Shown piece by piece: positions 1-12,070 of a stretch of 64,000 bases of DNA. A program made the position numbers and the translations under genes. The stretch spans positions 57,476,001 to 57,540,000 of the forward strand of contig NC_086097.1 of assembly GCF_963921235.1 (NCBI RefSeq), given 5' to 3'. Below the pieces are notes generated by a model. That model saw nothing but the letters and a program-made list of their open reading frames with translations. It made no database searches and was not told the origin of the DNA. Each line of letters starts with the position of its first letter. The first letter of the stretch is position 1. This DNA is from Mobula hypostoma. Taxonomy: Eukaryota.

Positions 1-2222
1 GGGAGCAAGGTCTCTTGGGGATAGACAGGGGTTGTAACAGACCAGCAGGCAACCAGTTAGAGTTCTTACCTCGAGCACAGACCGAGCAGGCTGAGACGAA
101 GTTGTGGATGTCGTCTCCCATGGAGGGCCACCTGAACCGCCGATTGATGAAGGCCTGAGTATGCTTGGTTCCAGGGTGACAGGATAACCGGGAAGGATGA
201 CCCCACTGCAATACCTGTGAGCGGACAGAGCTGGGAACATGAACACAGTTAGTGGGTCATTGACTCAGGGCTGCCTCACTCTGTTGAGCAGCTTACACAA
301 TGGATTCAGTGTCCCATCACGCTGTACCCATGAGACAGTGAGCTGGGAGGATGACATCGGGAGAGGGCATCAGGTTTTCCATTCTTGGAATTGGGGCAGA
401 AGGACAGAGTAAAATTGAATCTTGAGAAAAACAGAGACCAACGAGCTTGATGGGAGTTGAGACTCTTGGCAGTACTGATATATTCCAGATTCTGGTCATC
501 AGTCCAGACTAAGAATGGCATTTTGGCTCCCTCCAGACAATGCCTCCACTCCTCCAGAACTAGCTTCACAGCCAGCAGCTCCCAGTTTTGGACACCATAA
601 TTCCTCTCCGTGGGGTGTGAGGCGGTGAGAGAAGGCAGCGCAGGGGTGTACCTTCTCATCCTTGGCCAAGCACTGAGAGAGAACAGCTGCTATGCCAATG
701 TCAAATACATCCAACTCCACAATGAACTGCTGGTCGGTGTCGAGTTGAATCAGAATTGGGGCAGAGGTGAAACGTTCCTTCAGGTCAGAGAATGCTTTTT
801 CTGCAGCAGGGGACCAGGAGAATCTGACAGCAGATGAGGCAAGAGCAGTGAGTGGTACAGTCAGTGTACTGTAATTTCTGATGAAGTGGCAATAGAAATT
901 AGCAAAGCCCAGGAAGTGTTGAAACTCCCGACGAGTCGAAGGTTGAGGGCCATTCGACCACTGCCTTGACCTTCTATTGATCCATCTGAATGGAACCGCC
1001 TGAAATTACATACCCGAGGAAGGAGACTGTATTGTGATGAAACTCACGTCTCTCAGCCTTCACAAAGAGCTGGTTCTCCAGAAGGCACTAGAGAACTCTG
1101 CGGACGTGACCTGTGTGTTCAGCAAGGGACTTAGAAAAAAAAATATCAAAATGTCGTTGAGATACACAAAAACAAATTGGTTCAGCATGTCCCTGAGATC
1201 GTCATTTACCAGGGCTTGGAAGACGGCAGGGGCATTGGTGAGACCGAATGGCATGACCAGATACTCATAATGGCCTGAGGTGCTGTTGAAGACTGTCTTC
1301 CACCCATCCCCTTCGCAGATGCGACCAAGATGGTATGCATTACGGAGATCAAACTTGATGAAAACTGAAGCTCCTTGCAGTAGGTCGGATGCAGAGGTCA
1401 TGAGCGGAAGAGGGTAACGGTTCTTAACAGCGACTTCATTCAGTCCCCGGTAATCAATGCATGGATGTAAGGACCCGTCCTTCTTTTCAACAAGGAAAAA
1501 ATTGGCACCAGCAGGGGAGGAAGTCAGCCGGATGAAGCCTGCAGCCAGAGGCTCGTTCATGGCTTCAGTTTCAGGTACGGACAGGGAATACAGGCAGCCC
1601 CCCCCCACCCACCCACCCACCCCACCAAGGGAGATGTGCCAGGCAAGAGGTCAATGGCACAATCATATGGATGACGAGGTGGCAGGGAAGTGGCCCAGGA
1701 CTTGCTGAACACAGCCTTGAGGTCCACGTATTCAGGAGAGATGGCACTAACGTCTGGAAATTCCTCGGGGGGATCTGGGCTTGGAGACAAAGAGATCTGA
1801 GCATGGTGGAGGCAGTGGGAATGACAGAATGGACTCTAGCCTACAATCTTGCGACTGAGCCAGTCAATGTGGAGGTTGTGTTTAACTAACTAGGGATGGC
1901 GCAGGACAATGGGAGCTTGAGGAGAGTCAATAACATAAAGGGTTAACTGTTCATGATGGTTGCTGTATAAACTGAGACTCACTGGGGCCGTGACATGGGT
2001 GATGTTAGCTAGTCTCTGACCGTTCAAGGTGTTGGTCATCAACGGTGACTGGAGAGCAGATGTGGGTAACCCCCACTGGGCAGCCGAGCCAGAATCGATA
2101 AAACACCCCTTCGCACCAGAATCGACCAAGACTGAGTCTGCTCGCCATTGGATGCCCCACTCCAGAGAAGCAGGTATGAGAGTGAGTGGTATTGAGGAGA
2201 GTTGGACAGGGGTCACGCTCAC
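1..2222 (-). pseudogene. pol: Pol polyprotein remnant (PR-RT-RH-IN), disrupted
   Basis: ORF pieces 1890-2222 (protease), 1557-1790, 1060-1620 (RT), 499-720 and 306-659 (RNase H); integrase zinc finger at about 60-240. Confidence 0.9.
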
Positions 2223-2246
2223 CAGTACTCCTCGTCCTACTGGTGA

Positions 2247-3206
2247 GTGCTGGGCTTTTACTGGGCAGGTGGAGATGAAGTGGCCTGGTTGGTCACAGTA
2301 CAGACAGGAGCGGGTGCTGATTCTCCTGGTCTTTCAGTTGGCATCAGGCAGGTATGGTCAACATGCATAGCCTCGGGCTGTGGAACGGGAATTGTAGATG
2401 GGGGCAAATGGCAGGGCAGTGTAGTCTGATGAAGAGCTTGGAACTCACCCAGTGCCCCAGGGACTCTCTGCAGCGCTGAAGGCATCAGTATGGATGGCCA
2501 AGACCACCAGGGCTTCAAAGGTGGCCGGAAGGTCCTGGGTGACCACCTCATCTTCGATGTCTTCGGAGAGGCCATTCAGGAAGGTGTTGTACTGTGCTTC
2601 CAAGTTCCAGCTGCTGGAGGTGGCTAGTGTCCGGAACACTATGGTGTAATCTGACACAGATCTACACACCTGGTGCATGTGCAGCATTCCACAGGCAACC
2701 TCTTTCCCATGTTTGGAACAATCAAACACTTTTCTCAATGCCTCAGAAAATATCTTAAAACTGATGCAGAAAGGTGAGCCTGCCTCCCAGACGGCTGTTC
2801 CCCATTCTCTCGCCCAACCGGACAGTTGGGTGATGATGTAGGCTACCTTGGCTCGATCAGTCAGAAATGTTGTTGGTTGTAATTCAAAAATGAGTATGCA
2901 CTGGGAAAGAAAAGAGCAGCGGGTACTGGGCTCACCCAAGTACTTTTCTGGAGGAGGCAGACGGGGCTCTTGGACAGGAGGAGTAAGCGAGAACGCAGAG
3001 GGCCGGGCAGAAGATGCAGTCATAGAATGTTCATGGGCGCTCTGGAACAGCTGGAGTGACTGAGTCTGGGCCCCGAGATTGGTTGCATCAGTAGAAAGTG
3101 ACTCCGCTCCCCTGAACACGGACTCCAGCTGGTTCTGGTGACTCCCCAGCATCACTCCCTGTTGTTCCAGAGCAGCTCTCAGACGACCAGGGTCTGCTGG
3201 ATCCAT
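2247..3206 (-). pseudogene. gag: Retrotransposon Gag (capsid plus CX2CX4HX4C zinc knuckle), frameshifted
   Basis: ORF 2445-3206 (EPRLPPPEKYLGEP...AKVAYIITQLSGWAREW); CLYCDQPGHFISTCPVK encoded at about 2256-2307 in another frame. Confidence 0.9.
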
Positions 3207-3222
3207 TCTGGCTAGATTGTAC

Positions 3223-3728
3223 TGTCAAGACAATGAAGCAGGGACCCAATCGCAGACCAATTACTGTGCACACTGTGATATTTGCTGAAGAGCAAATCCA
3301 GAGGGGCAACAAAGTCAGCATCAAAGCTCAGGCAGAGATCAAAAATTTCAGAGAAATCCAAAAACCAGAATCAGGAAACAGGCAAAGTCAATATTCAGAC
3401 GGTCAAATGCTGGAAAAGCTCAGGAAAACTCACTGGTACAATCTGGCAACAAACAGGTGAAAACACAGGACTGAAATACACTGAGCAATAAACAGAGAGG
3501 CAGATGATAGGTAGAGCACAATGAGACACAAGTGGCAGCAAAACAGGTAATAATGAGAAACAGGTGAGGGGCAGAGTACTCAGTAATACAGGGGCCGGAG
3601 TAGAGCAGGAGCGGGACAAGAGCACATGGTGCATGAAAACAAACAAGAGCACATGGCAATACAAAACCACAGACTGATGGCTAGGGGGAAGCACACAAAA
3701 AGACTGGGTTCAACTGGAGGTACTGACA
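3223..3728 (-). repeat. 5' LTR (506 bp) of the Gypsy element
   Basis: TGTCA...TGACA inverted termini at 3724-3728 and 3223-3227; the gag ATG (3206) follows 17 nt downstream on the minus strand. Confidence 0.85.
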
Positions 3729-3779
3729 GCACTACAGTTACATGCCCAATTTAGATTGACTATTCCCCAAATTCTGACC

Positions 3780-4040
3780 TCTACTGAATTCTGAAGGACA
3801 AGGGCACGGGTGTATAGTAACACCTCTACCTGCAGGTTACTCTTCTAGTCACAAACTATTCTGACTTGGAAAAATATAGTGACAATCTTTCTTTGGCATT
3901 GAGTCCAACTCTGGAAGTCCTTACAGAACTGCATTGTAGGGTGACCTTTACCAGATCACTCCATCTGTTCAAGAAGGCTCACCACTACCTGCTCATGGAC
4001 AACTAGGGATGGGCAAAATATATTGGCTTTGCTAGTAGCA
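3780..4040 (+). mobile_element. Old LINE/SINE 3'-tail relic (elasmobranch L2/CR1-type)
   Basis: Degenerate tail 'gttcaagaaggctcaccactacc...caactagggatgggcaaa' recalled from shark LINE/SINE 3' ends; not verified. Confidence 0.45.
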
Positions 4041-4774
4041 GTTGCATCATGACAAAATGAACTTTAAAAAAAATACAGAAAGATCTCGTTATTACCATAC
4101 TGCTGTTCATAGGATATATCTGTGCATAAGTTGGCTGCCACAATTCTTAGTTTATAAAAGTTTCTGTTTTCGAATTTTTGCTTTAGCTTGAAAACAGTGG
4201 GGATGTTGCCAGTATGTGAAAGATGTTGCATAACTTCAAATCTTTTGTTCACTTAACCAACACTGAGATGCACAAAGCATTCTCCAGCATTGTATACTAA
4301 AGTAGTAAACTTAGTATCCGTTGAGGTTTGTATATGACAGGTTGTAGCTACTTGAAAATCTCTGGTTAAATTCTTCACGTGTTCTCATTTGAGGGAAAAA
4401 TATCCTCTATGTCCAGAGATAAGGTACACTAATACAGTACTTGTTGGCATTGCTGTGTAATCTGCAGTGCCCCAGGTAGATATTGTGCTCCTCAAAGCAA
4501 CATGATCAACTTAAACTTTGATTCCTGCTAGATTATGAGTGATGCTTTTCCAATAAAGACGTCTGTCTTATTGCAGTAGAAATGATGTGTTGTAATTCGA
4601 CTGTTGCAGCTGAAGTGTTTTCTTGCAATGTGATCTCTGATGTGATTGATTCTTATTTTAGGAGTCTTCTTTGTTGCTTGGTTTGTTTATACAATATTTG
4701 TCACTGCCATCTTTGAGGGAGGGCATCTGGGAGTGACAGAAATATGAGAAAGGTTCATAGAGATAAGCCTTGGA

Positions 4775-5340
4775 ATTGAGTCTTACGTCAGTGGTGGGCA
4801 AACTATAGGAGACGATTCTTAGAGACAGAATTTAAGAGAATGTGGAGAATCATAATCTGATTAGGGATAATCAACATGACTTTGTGAGGGGCAGGTTGAG
4901 CCTCACGAGCCTAATTGAATACTTTGTGGGAGTGACAAAACAGGCTGATAAAGGTAGAGCAATGGATGTTATAATAATGGATTTTAGTAAGCATTCAACA
5001 AGGTTCCCCATGGTAATCTCATTCAGAATGTCAGAAAGCGTGGGGTCCAGGGTTGCATGGATTGAGAATTGGCGCACTCACAAAAGGCAGAGGGTGCTAG
5101 TAAATGGAATCTGTTCTGCATGGAGAACTGTGACTGTTCTGTTCTGAGACCCCTGCTCTTTGTGATTTTTATAAATGTAATAGATGAAGTGGGAAATTGG
5201 CTTAGTAAATTTGAAGGTAATACAAAGTACTACGTTGACTCAGGCCTAGGGGGCTGGCGTCGGGCCTCTCCCTCTCCCTCATCAGTGTGTTCAGTTCATC
5301 TACATTAGCCGCGCCACTGTCTTCTAGGATACAAAGGTTG
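4775..5340 (+). mobile_element. CR1 LINE RT fragment, degenerate
   Basis: QHDFVRGRLSLTSLIEYF, MDFSK, WIENW..RQRV and PLLFVIFIN motifs. Confidence 0.8.
5228..5328 (-). mobile_element. Very short 5'-truncated RTE-like LINE 3' end inserted into CR1
   Basis: 8-bp TSD ATACAAAG at 5220-5227 and 5329-5336; minus strand reads LEDSGAANVDELNTLMRERE...RPEST* followed by a TAG-type tail. Confidence 0.6.
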
Positions 5341-5672
5341 ATATCCAATTGTCAGCTGAATGAAACCTGAGGCATTTACCATTTAGACTTCTTTAGATCT
5401 TCACTATTGACTACCTTGAAATGAGTTTAAATTTACCTCACTTGGAATTCCATGAAGATTTTATTTTTGCATGGAAGATATATTAGTTCCATTCTAAAGG
5501 TGGAGGGTGAGTAGCTGGAAGTCATGGTACATAAAAGTACCAACAACATAGGTAGGAAAAGGGAGGAGGTCTTGAAGAAAGAATATAGAGATTTGGGTAG
5601 AAAGTTGAGAAGCAGGACCTCCAGGCTAGTAATCTTTGGATTGCTGCATGTGCCACATGCCAGTGAGGGTAA

Positions 5673-6085
5673 TCTACTGCCCATTATGATGCTAGCCTTT
5701 AGGGTAGCAATGAAGGTCCACCATCTCTAGCGGTATTCAGGGCTTCCTTCATCATGTCAATAGCTCAGTTTTCACTACTGTCAGTCATGCAAGTTCCTGG
5801 TGGAGACTCAGGAATACCATTGCATTCAGATATAGGATTCTTTATTGCTGTTTCTGGAGCAATTTTGTTTTTTACCTGTCAGGATTGTTAGCCCTGAACT
5901 GAAACCCGGAAACTGGTGAACCAGTAGAGTACTCGTAGTCTGGCCTCTACCCTTTGACTATTTGGCATGGGTGACCATACCAAGCCAAAGTGTAAAGCCC
6001 TGACTCCAGCCAACATAACTCTCTGGGTTATTGAGGTACACAAGACTCCAAACCACGACAAGGTTATGGTCCTCTTGGAGGAGAC
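5673..6085 (-). mobile_element. RTE-derived non-autonomous element (5'UTR head plus 3' tail) nested in CR1 ORF1
   Basis: 7-bp TSD AGGGTAA at 5666-5672 and 6086-6092; the CR1 ORF1 rejoins across it. Minus-strand head 'accttgtcgtggtttggag...caataacccagagag..gtcacccatgccaaa' resembles RTE/BovB 5'UTRs. Confidence 0.65.
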
Positions 6086-7097
6086 AGGGTAAGATTAGGA
6101 TGATTTGGCAGATGAATGAGTGGCTGAGAAACTGGTGCAGGGGACAGAGCTTCAGAATTCAGGATCATTGGAATCTATTCTGGGGAAGGTATGACTTGTA
6201 CAAAAAGAACGTGTTACATCTGAATCTTGGAGGGGCAATATTCTTGTGGACAGGTTTGCTAGAATTATTGGGGAGGGTTTAAACTCATTTGGCAGCGGGA
6301 TGGGAACAGGAGAGAACAGGCTGAAGATGGGCAGTTTGTATATAAGTACATGCAGTATGTAGTGAGACTGAAGAAGGACAGGCAGATGATAGGGCAACAT
6401 TGCAGTCAATGGGATGAGGTGACATGTAATATGGAGGCAAAATTGAAAAGGATGATGAATACAGGACTGAAGGTGTTATATTCGAATACACGCAGTATAT
6501 GGAATAAGGTAGATTATTTTGTAGTGCAGTTAGAGATTGGCTGGTATGACATTGAGGACAACATTGAGTTGTGGTTGAAAGAAGATTATAGTTGGGAGCT
6601 TAGCAACCATGGATACACATTGTATCAAAAGAACAGGCAGGTAAGCAGATGGGGTAGTGCGGCTCTGTTGGTAAAAATGAAGGCAAATTCTTAGAAAGGA
6701 GTGACATACTGTAGGATTGGAATATGTAGAATCCTTTTAGGTAGAGTTAAGGAACTGCAAGGGTAAAAAGACTCTGATAGGCGTGATATAGAGGCCTCCA
6801 AATACCGTTTGTACTATCCAGGATTTAGGATATAAATTGCAATGGGAGATAGAAAAGATAAGTTAAAAGGACCATGTTACTTTTGTCATTGGGGGGGATT
6901 TCAATAATCTATGCGGGTAGATTGGGAAAGTCAGGTTGGTGCTAGATCCCACAAGAGGGATTTCGTAGAATGCTTACAAAATGGCTTTTTAGAGCAGTTT
7001 GTTGAGCTTTTGAGGGGCATTCTGTTGGGTGTTGAGTAATGAAAAAATTTGATTAGGGAGCTTAAGGTAAAGGAACCCTCATAATATGATAGAATTC

Positions 7098-7501
7098 GTA
7101 AACACAAAATACTCTGCAGATGCTGGGTCAAAGCAACATGCACAATACGCTGGAGGAACTCAGCAGGTCGGGTAGCTTCCATGGAAACAAACAGTCAACG
7201 TTTCGGGCTGGAACCCTTTGTCAGGACTGAAGAGGGAGGGGGCAGGAGTGCTATAAAGAAGTCGGGGGGGGAGGGTGAGAAGGAGAAGACTGGTAGATGC
7301 CAGGTGAAAAACTAGTAAGGGGAAAGACTAAGGGGTGGGGGAGGGGAAGCAGGGAGGGGATAGGCAGGAAAGGTGAAGAAGGAATAGGGGAAAGCACAGT
7401 GGGTAGTAGAAGGAGGTGGAACCAAGAGAGAGGTGATAGGCAGCTGGAGGAGGGGGCAGAGTGAGCCTGGGATAGGGGGGGAAGGAATTACCAAAAGTTG
7501 G
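7098..7501 (-). mobile_element. Penelope-like element 3' terminal fragment (ORF end SNFW*, pyrimidine tract, degenerate hammerhead) nested in CR1
   Basis: 12-bp TSD ATGATAGAATTC at 7086-7097 and 7502-7513; hammerhead variant at 7192-7229. Confidence 0.8.
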
Positions 7502-10500
7502 ATGATAGAATTCACCCTGCAATTTGAGAGGGAGAAGATAAAGTCAGATATATCAGTTTTACATTGGAGTAAAGGGAATTACAAAGGCATGAGAGAGGGG
7601 CTGTCCAAAGTTGATTGGAAAGGACACCTACAGGGATGATGGCAGAAGAGCAATGCCTGTAGTTTCTGGGAGCAATTCAGAAGGAGCAGGATAGATACAT
7701 CCCAAAGAAGAAGTAGTATTGTAAAGGGAAAACGCCGCAACCGGGCTGACAAGGGAGGTGAAAGACAGCATAAGTTCAAAAGAGAGGGCATATAATATAG
7801 CGAAAATTAGTGGAAAGTTAGAGGATTGGGAAGCTTTTAAAAACAACAGAAGGCAATTAAAAAAGTTGTAAGGAGAGAAAAGATGAAATATGAAGGTAAG
7901 CTAGCCAATAATATACAAGAGGATACCAAAGATTTTTTTTCAGATATATAAAGAGTAAAAGAGAGGTGAGGGTGGATATTGGACTGTTGGTACATAACTC
8001 TGTAAAGGTAGCAATGGGGAACAAAGAAATAGTGGATGACTTAATAAGTATTTTGCATTAGTCTTCACTGTGGGAGACACCAGCAGTATACTAGAAATTC
8101 TGGATTGTCAGGGGTAGTAAGTGAGTATAGTTGCTATTACTTAGGAGAAGGTGCTTGGGAAACTGAGAGTCACCTGGACTAGATGGACTATATCCCAGGG
8201 TTCTGAAAGAGGTAGCTGAGACATTGGTAATGATCTTCTAAGAGTCACTAGTTTCTGGAATGGTTCTGGAGGACTGGAAAATTGTTAATGTCACTCCACT
8301 TTTTAAGAAGGAAGGGAAGTAGAAGAAAGGAAATTATAGACCAGTTAGTAATATGTTGGAGTTTATTATTAAGGATGAGGTTTTGGGGTACTTAGAGACA
8401 CATGATAAAATAGGCCAAGACAGCATGGTTTCTTTAAAGGGAAATCTTGCCTAACAAATGTGTTGGAATATCTTGAGGAAATAACAAGTAGAGTGGACAA
8501 AAAAGTCAGCGGATATTGTTTACTTGGATTTTCAGAAAGCCTTTGACAGGTGCCGCACATGAATTTGATTAATAAGATAGGAGCCCATAGTATTGCAGGA
8601 AAGATACTAGCATGGAAAGAAGACTGGCTGACTGGCAGGAGGCAGAGTGGGAATAAATGGGGCCTTTTCTTATTGGCTGCTGGTGGCTAGTATTTTTCCA
8701 CAGGAGTTGGTGTTGGGACTGCTTCTTTACAGATTATTTGTCAATGATTTGGATGACAGAATTGATGGCTTTGTGGCCAAGTTTGCGGACTACACAAAGT
8801 TAGGTGGAGGAGTAGGTAGTGTTGAAGAAGCAGGGAATCTGCAGAAGGACTTAGACAGACTGGGAAAATGGGCAAAGAAATAGCTGATGGAATATTGTGT
8901 AGGGAAGTGTCCGGTCATGCACTTTGGTGGAAGGAAGAAAAGACATAGACTATTTTCTAAATGGGGAGAAAATTCAAAAATCAAAGGTGCAAAAGGACTT
9001 GGAAATCCTTTTGCAGGATTCTCTAAACGTTAACTTGTGGGTTGGGTTGGAAGACAAATGCAATATTAGCATTAATTTTGAGAGGACTAGAATTAAGGTC
9101 AAGGATGTAATACTAAGGCTTTATAAGGCATTTGTCAGATTGCACTTGGAGTATTGTGATCAGTTTTGGTCCCCTAATCTAAGAAAAGATGTGCTGGCAT
9201 TTGAGAGGGTTCCGAGGAGGTTCACAAGAATGATTCTGGGAATGAAAGGAGTGCTTGATGGCTTTGGGGCTGTACTTGTTGGAGTTTAGAAAAATGAGGG
9301 AGAATTTCATTGAAACCTATTGAATATTGAAATGTTTGGATATAGTGGATATGGGGAGGATATTTCCTTTAGTGGGTGATTCTTGGACCGGAGGGCACAG
9401 CCTCAGAACAGAAGAATGTCCATTTAGAACAGAGATGAGGAGGAAATTCTTTAGGGTAGTGGATCTGTGGAATTCATTGTGATAGACGATTGTAGAGTCT
9501 TTGAGTATATTTAAAGCAGAGACTGGTTCTTGATTAGTCAGGATGTCAAAGGTTATGGGAAGCATGCAGGAGAAAGGTGTTGAGAGGGATAATAAATCAG
9601 TCATGATGGAATGGATGGCAGAGTAAACTAGATGTGCTGAATGGCCTAATTCTGCTCCTATGTCTTATGGTCTTATGATCTTGATATCACTGAAAGTGTA
9701 TGAACATTATTACTTTGAAACAACCACTATTGATTTTGAGAGCAGACCAAGACAGTTGAAGTTTCAACTACTCTTCACCCCTGCAGAGCGGTGATCCTCC
9801 AAGTTATATATTGTTTATTCCCCAACATCAAGACAGTTGGTACGTTATGTACCATGCATCATACATCAGTAAAAAATCTTGCTGTATACTGTAGGGCGTG
9901 CCTGATTGATGCAGGCAAGAAAATATGGCCAAGAGGTACAAATGATGTTTTCTTCTTCTGTCCTGGTGCTTTGGTGACTCGTTGTATTGATGCGCGGCTG
10001 ATATTTTTTTGGAATTGTAATGCTATTAAAATAATATGGTACATGAATTAACTATGTAAAGTGTCAGTAAAGCCTACATAATACAGCCAAGTAAATTGTA
10101 AGGGTGTACTTTGTTACCACCGGATATGACCACAACAGCAGACACTTGGCTAGCCTGCCATCTTACAACCTTACTGAACTTCCACAATTCCTTCATCTGT
10201 GTTCAGGTCCATTTCATCCATTAATCTGTGTCTGCAGAATCTTTGAAGAATCTTATCTTTATGTATAAATGTACATAAGCTCATTTTCATACAAGGTTGA
10301 GAGTAATATTCATTATATCTGAATATACAAAATGAAAACTTTAAGTGATTGATTATTTTAGAAACTCATGAATTTCATGAAATCATTTTTTCCCTTTGTA
10401 CATTCAGCTTCGACATCACAGTTATCCTCGACTTCATAAAAGTCCACCTGTACCCCACCCCCCCTATTCCTGGCAGCTTTGTGAGGCTGAAGCTCACAAA

Positions 10501-10505
10501 ATATA

Positions 10506-11125
10506 CGAGGGGTGACTGATAAGTTCGTGGCCGAAGGTAGAAGGAGTCAATTTTAGAAAACCTGGCGCATTTATTTTTCCTGCACTTACACACTTAGTCC
10601 AGCGGTCATGGAGCATACGGATCGCTTCTTTGTAGAAGTCGGTGTCTTGCACCTCCAGACATGGTTCACAGCAGGGGTGATTGATAAGTTTGTGGCCTAA
10701 GGTAGAAGGAGATGAGTTATTAACTTCAAACTTTCTGCATTTTCACTCAAAGAGTTGAACTGCACGTGCATGTAATGAGAGCTGTATACCTCATCTTCTT
10801 CTACTGTAGGCCACGAACTTATCAATCACACCAGCTGTGGACCACCCGGAGGTCCAAGACGCTCTTGATACATGCACATGCAGTTCAACTCTTTGAGTGA
10901 TAATGCAGAAAGTTTGAAGTTAAGAACTCATCTTCTTCTACCTTAAGCCACGAACTTATCAATCACCCCTGCTGTGGACCACTTCTACAAAGAAGGGATC
11001 CGTATGCTCCATGACCGCTGGACTAAGTGTGTACATGTAGGAGGGGACTATGTTGAAAAATAAGTGTGCTAGGTTTTCTAAAATTGACTCCTACCATAGG
11101 CCACAAACTTATCAATCACCCCTCG
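10506..11125. mobile_element. mariner-derived palindromic non-autonomous element (MITE-like)
   Basis: TA TSDs (10504-05, 11126-27); TIR cgaggggtga(c/t)tgataagtt(c/t)gtggcc; about 270-bp inverted arms; mariner C-terminal peptide DHFYKEGIRMLHDRWTKCVHVGGDYVEK* at about 10977-11063. Confidence 0.88.
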
Positions 11126-11146
11126 TACAAGTTAACAAGGATAAAT

Positions 11147-11276
11147 CTGACGAAGGGTCTCGGCCTGAAACGTCGACTGCACCTCTTCCTATAGATGCTG
11201 CCTGGCCTGCTGCGTTCACCAGCAACTTTGATGTATGTTGCTTGAATTTCCAGCATCTGCAGAATTCCTGTTGTTT
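11147..11276 (+). mobile_element. Short Penelope-derived repeat beginning at the hammerhead core
   Basis: 14-bp TSD AAGGATAAATCTGA at 11137-11150 and 11277-11290 (CTGA overlaps the core); the same repeat recurs at 13243, 13996, 15821, 17123 and 52305. Confidence 0.85.
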
Positions 11277-11479
11277 AAGGATAAATCTGAATGTGATTTG
11301 TTAGAAATGATTTATTTTGTTTATTTTTGCCAATTAAAACAACCTTGCACTGTTAAAATTTCTGCATAGCATGCCGCTTTGGTGATGCAGCCTGGAACTA
11401 TTTTTCCCTTCATGTTTTTGAATCAGAGGCTGATTTTATATATTTTTGCCCCTGCTAAAGCTCCAATACCATTTTGTAC

Positions 11480-12070
11480 CCCTGCCGAGACCACCTACTT
11501 CCACCTCATTATTATTGCCTATTCCGCATCAGTCTCGACTCATCTGCTGCTGAAATCATTAACCATGTCTTTGTTACCACTAAGCTTGACCATAGTAACA
11601 GACACTTGGCTAGCTTCCCAACTTACAATCTTACTGAACTTCCACAACTCCTTCATCTATCTTCAGGTCCATTTTATCGATTAATCTGTGTTTGCAGACT
11701 TGCATTAACTTCTAATTTGTTATACCTCAGTTTTAAAAGTTTCCGTCCTTGTTTTCAATTCATTTCACGTTCTATCCCCTCCACATCTACGTAATCTGCC
11801 TAGACATTTGTATTCCTTTAATTCTTAATTCTTATGTATTATATTTTAAATAACCTCAACATCGATTTAAATCACTTGAGCTGACAAATCCTGAATCTTT
11901 GGAAATTGCTGCCTAAATATCTCATCTTGCTTCCTTTAAGACACTTCTTAAAAACCAACCTGTTTGACTAATCATTTGGTAATTTGCCAGAATATGTGAC
12001 TCACTGTCAAATTTTGCTTAATAATCCTCCTGTGAAGTGCCGTGAGATGCTCTGTTGCACTGTTGGAGTA
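11480..12070 (+). mobile_element. Old L2-clade LINE 3' fragment
   Basis: AAEIINHVFVTTKLDHSN resembles the L2 motif AETLIHAFVTSRLDYCN; L2-like terminal 'ctcctgtgaagtgccgtgagatg'. Confidence 0.65.

Larger units (their letters stand above)
1..3728 (-). mobile_element. Ty3/Gypsy LTR retrotransposon (Tf1/Sushi, chromovirus-like), decayed; 3' part lies outside the window
   Basis: Minus-strand order is LTR, gag, CCHC knuckle, protease (LVDSGA), RT ([41 protein letters not shown] for YLDD), RNase H (ERNY..ELLAVK, WTD), then integrase HHCC ([11 protein letters not shown]...CSVCAR). Multiple frameshifts and stops. Confidence 0.95.
5480..9682 (+). mobile_element. Near full-length decayed CR1 LINE (ORF1 SGNH esterase, ORF2 APE endonuclease and RT, 3' tail)
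   Basis: ORF1 VHKSTNNIGRK...WLRNWC..LHLN; endonuclease GLKVLYSNTRSIWNK, IYRPP, GDFN; RT QHGF, DFQKAFD, FADYTK; 3' tail ggcctaattctgctcct then tatgtct/tatggtct repeats. Two nested insertions. Confidence 0.9.

Noticed and set aside
1598..1626. C-rich insertion in pol as a functional G-quadruplex
   Set aside because: Best explained as (CCCA)n slippage expansion that breaks the reading frame.
1..3206. Domesticated Sushi-derived gene (PEG10/RTL1-like)
   Set aside because: Retains an LTR and has many frameshifts and stops and a YLND active-site change, so it is a decaying element.
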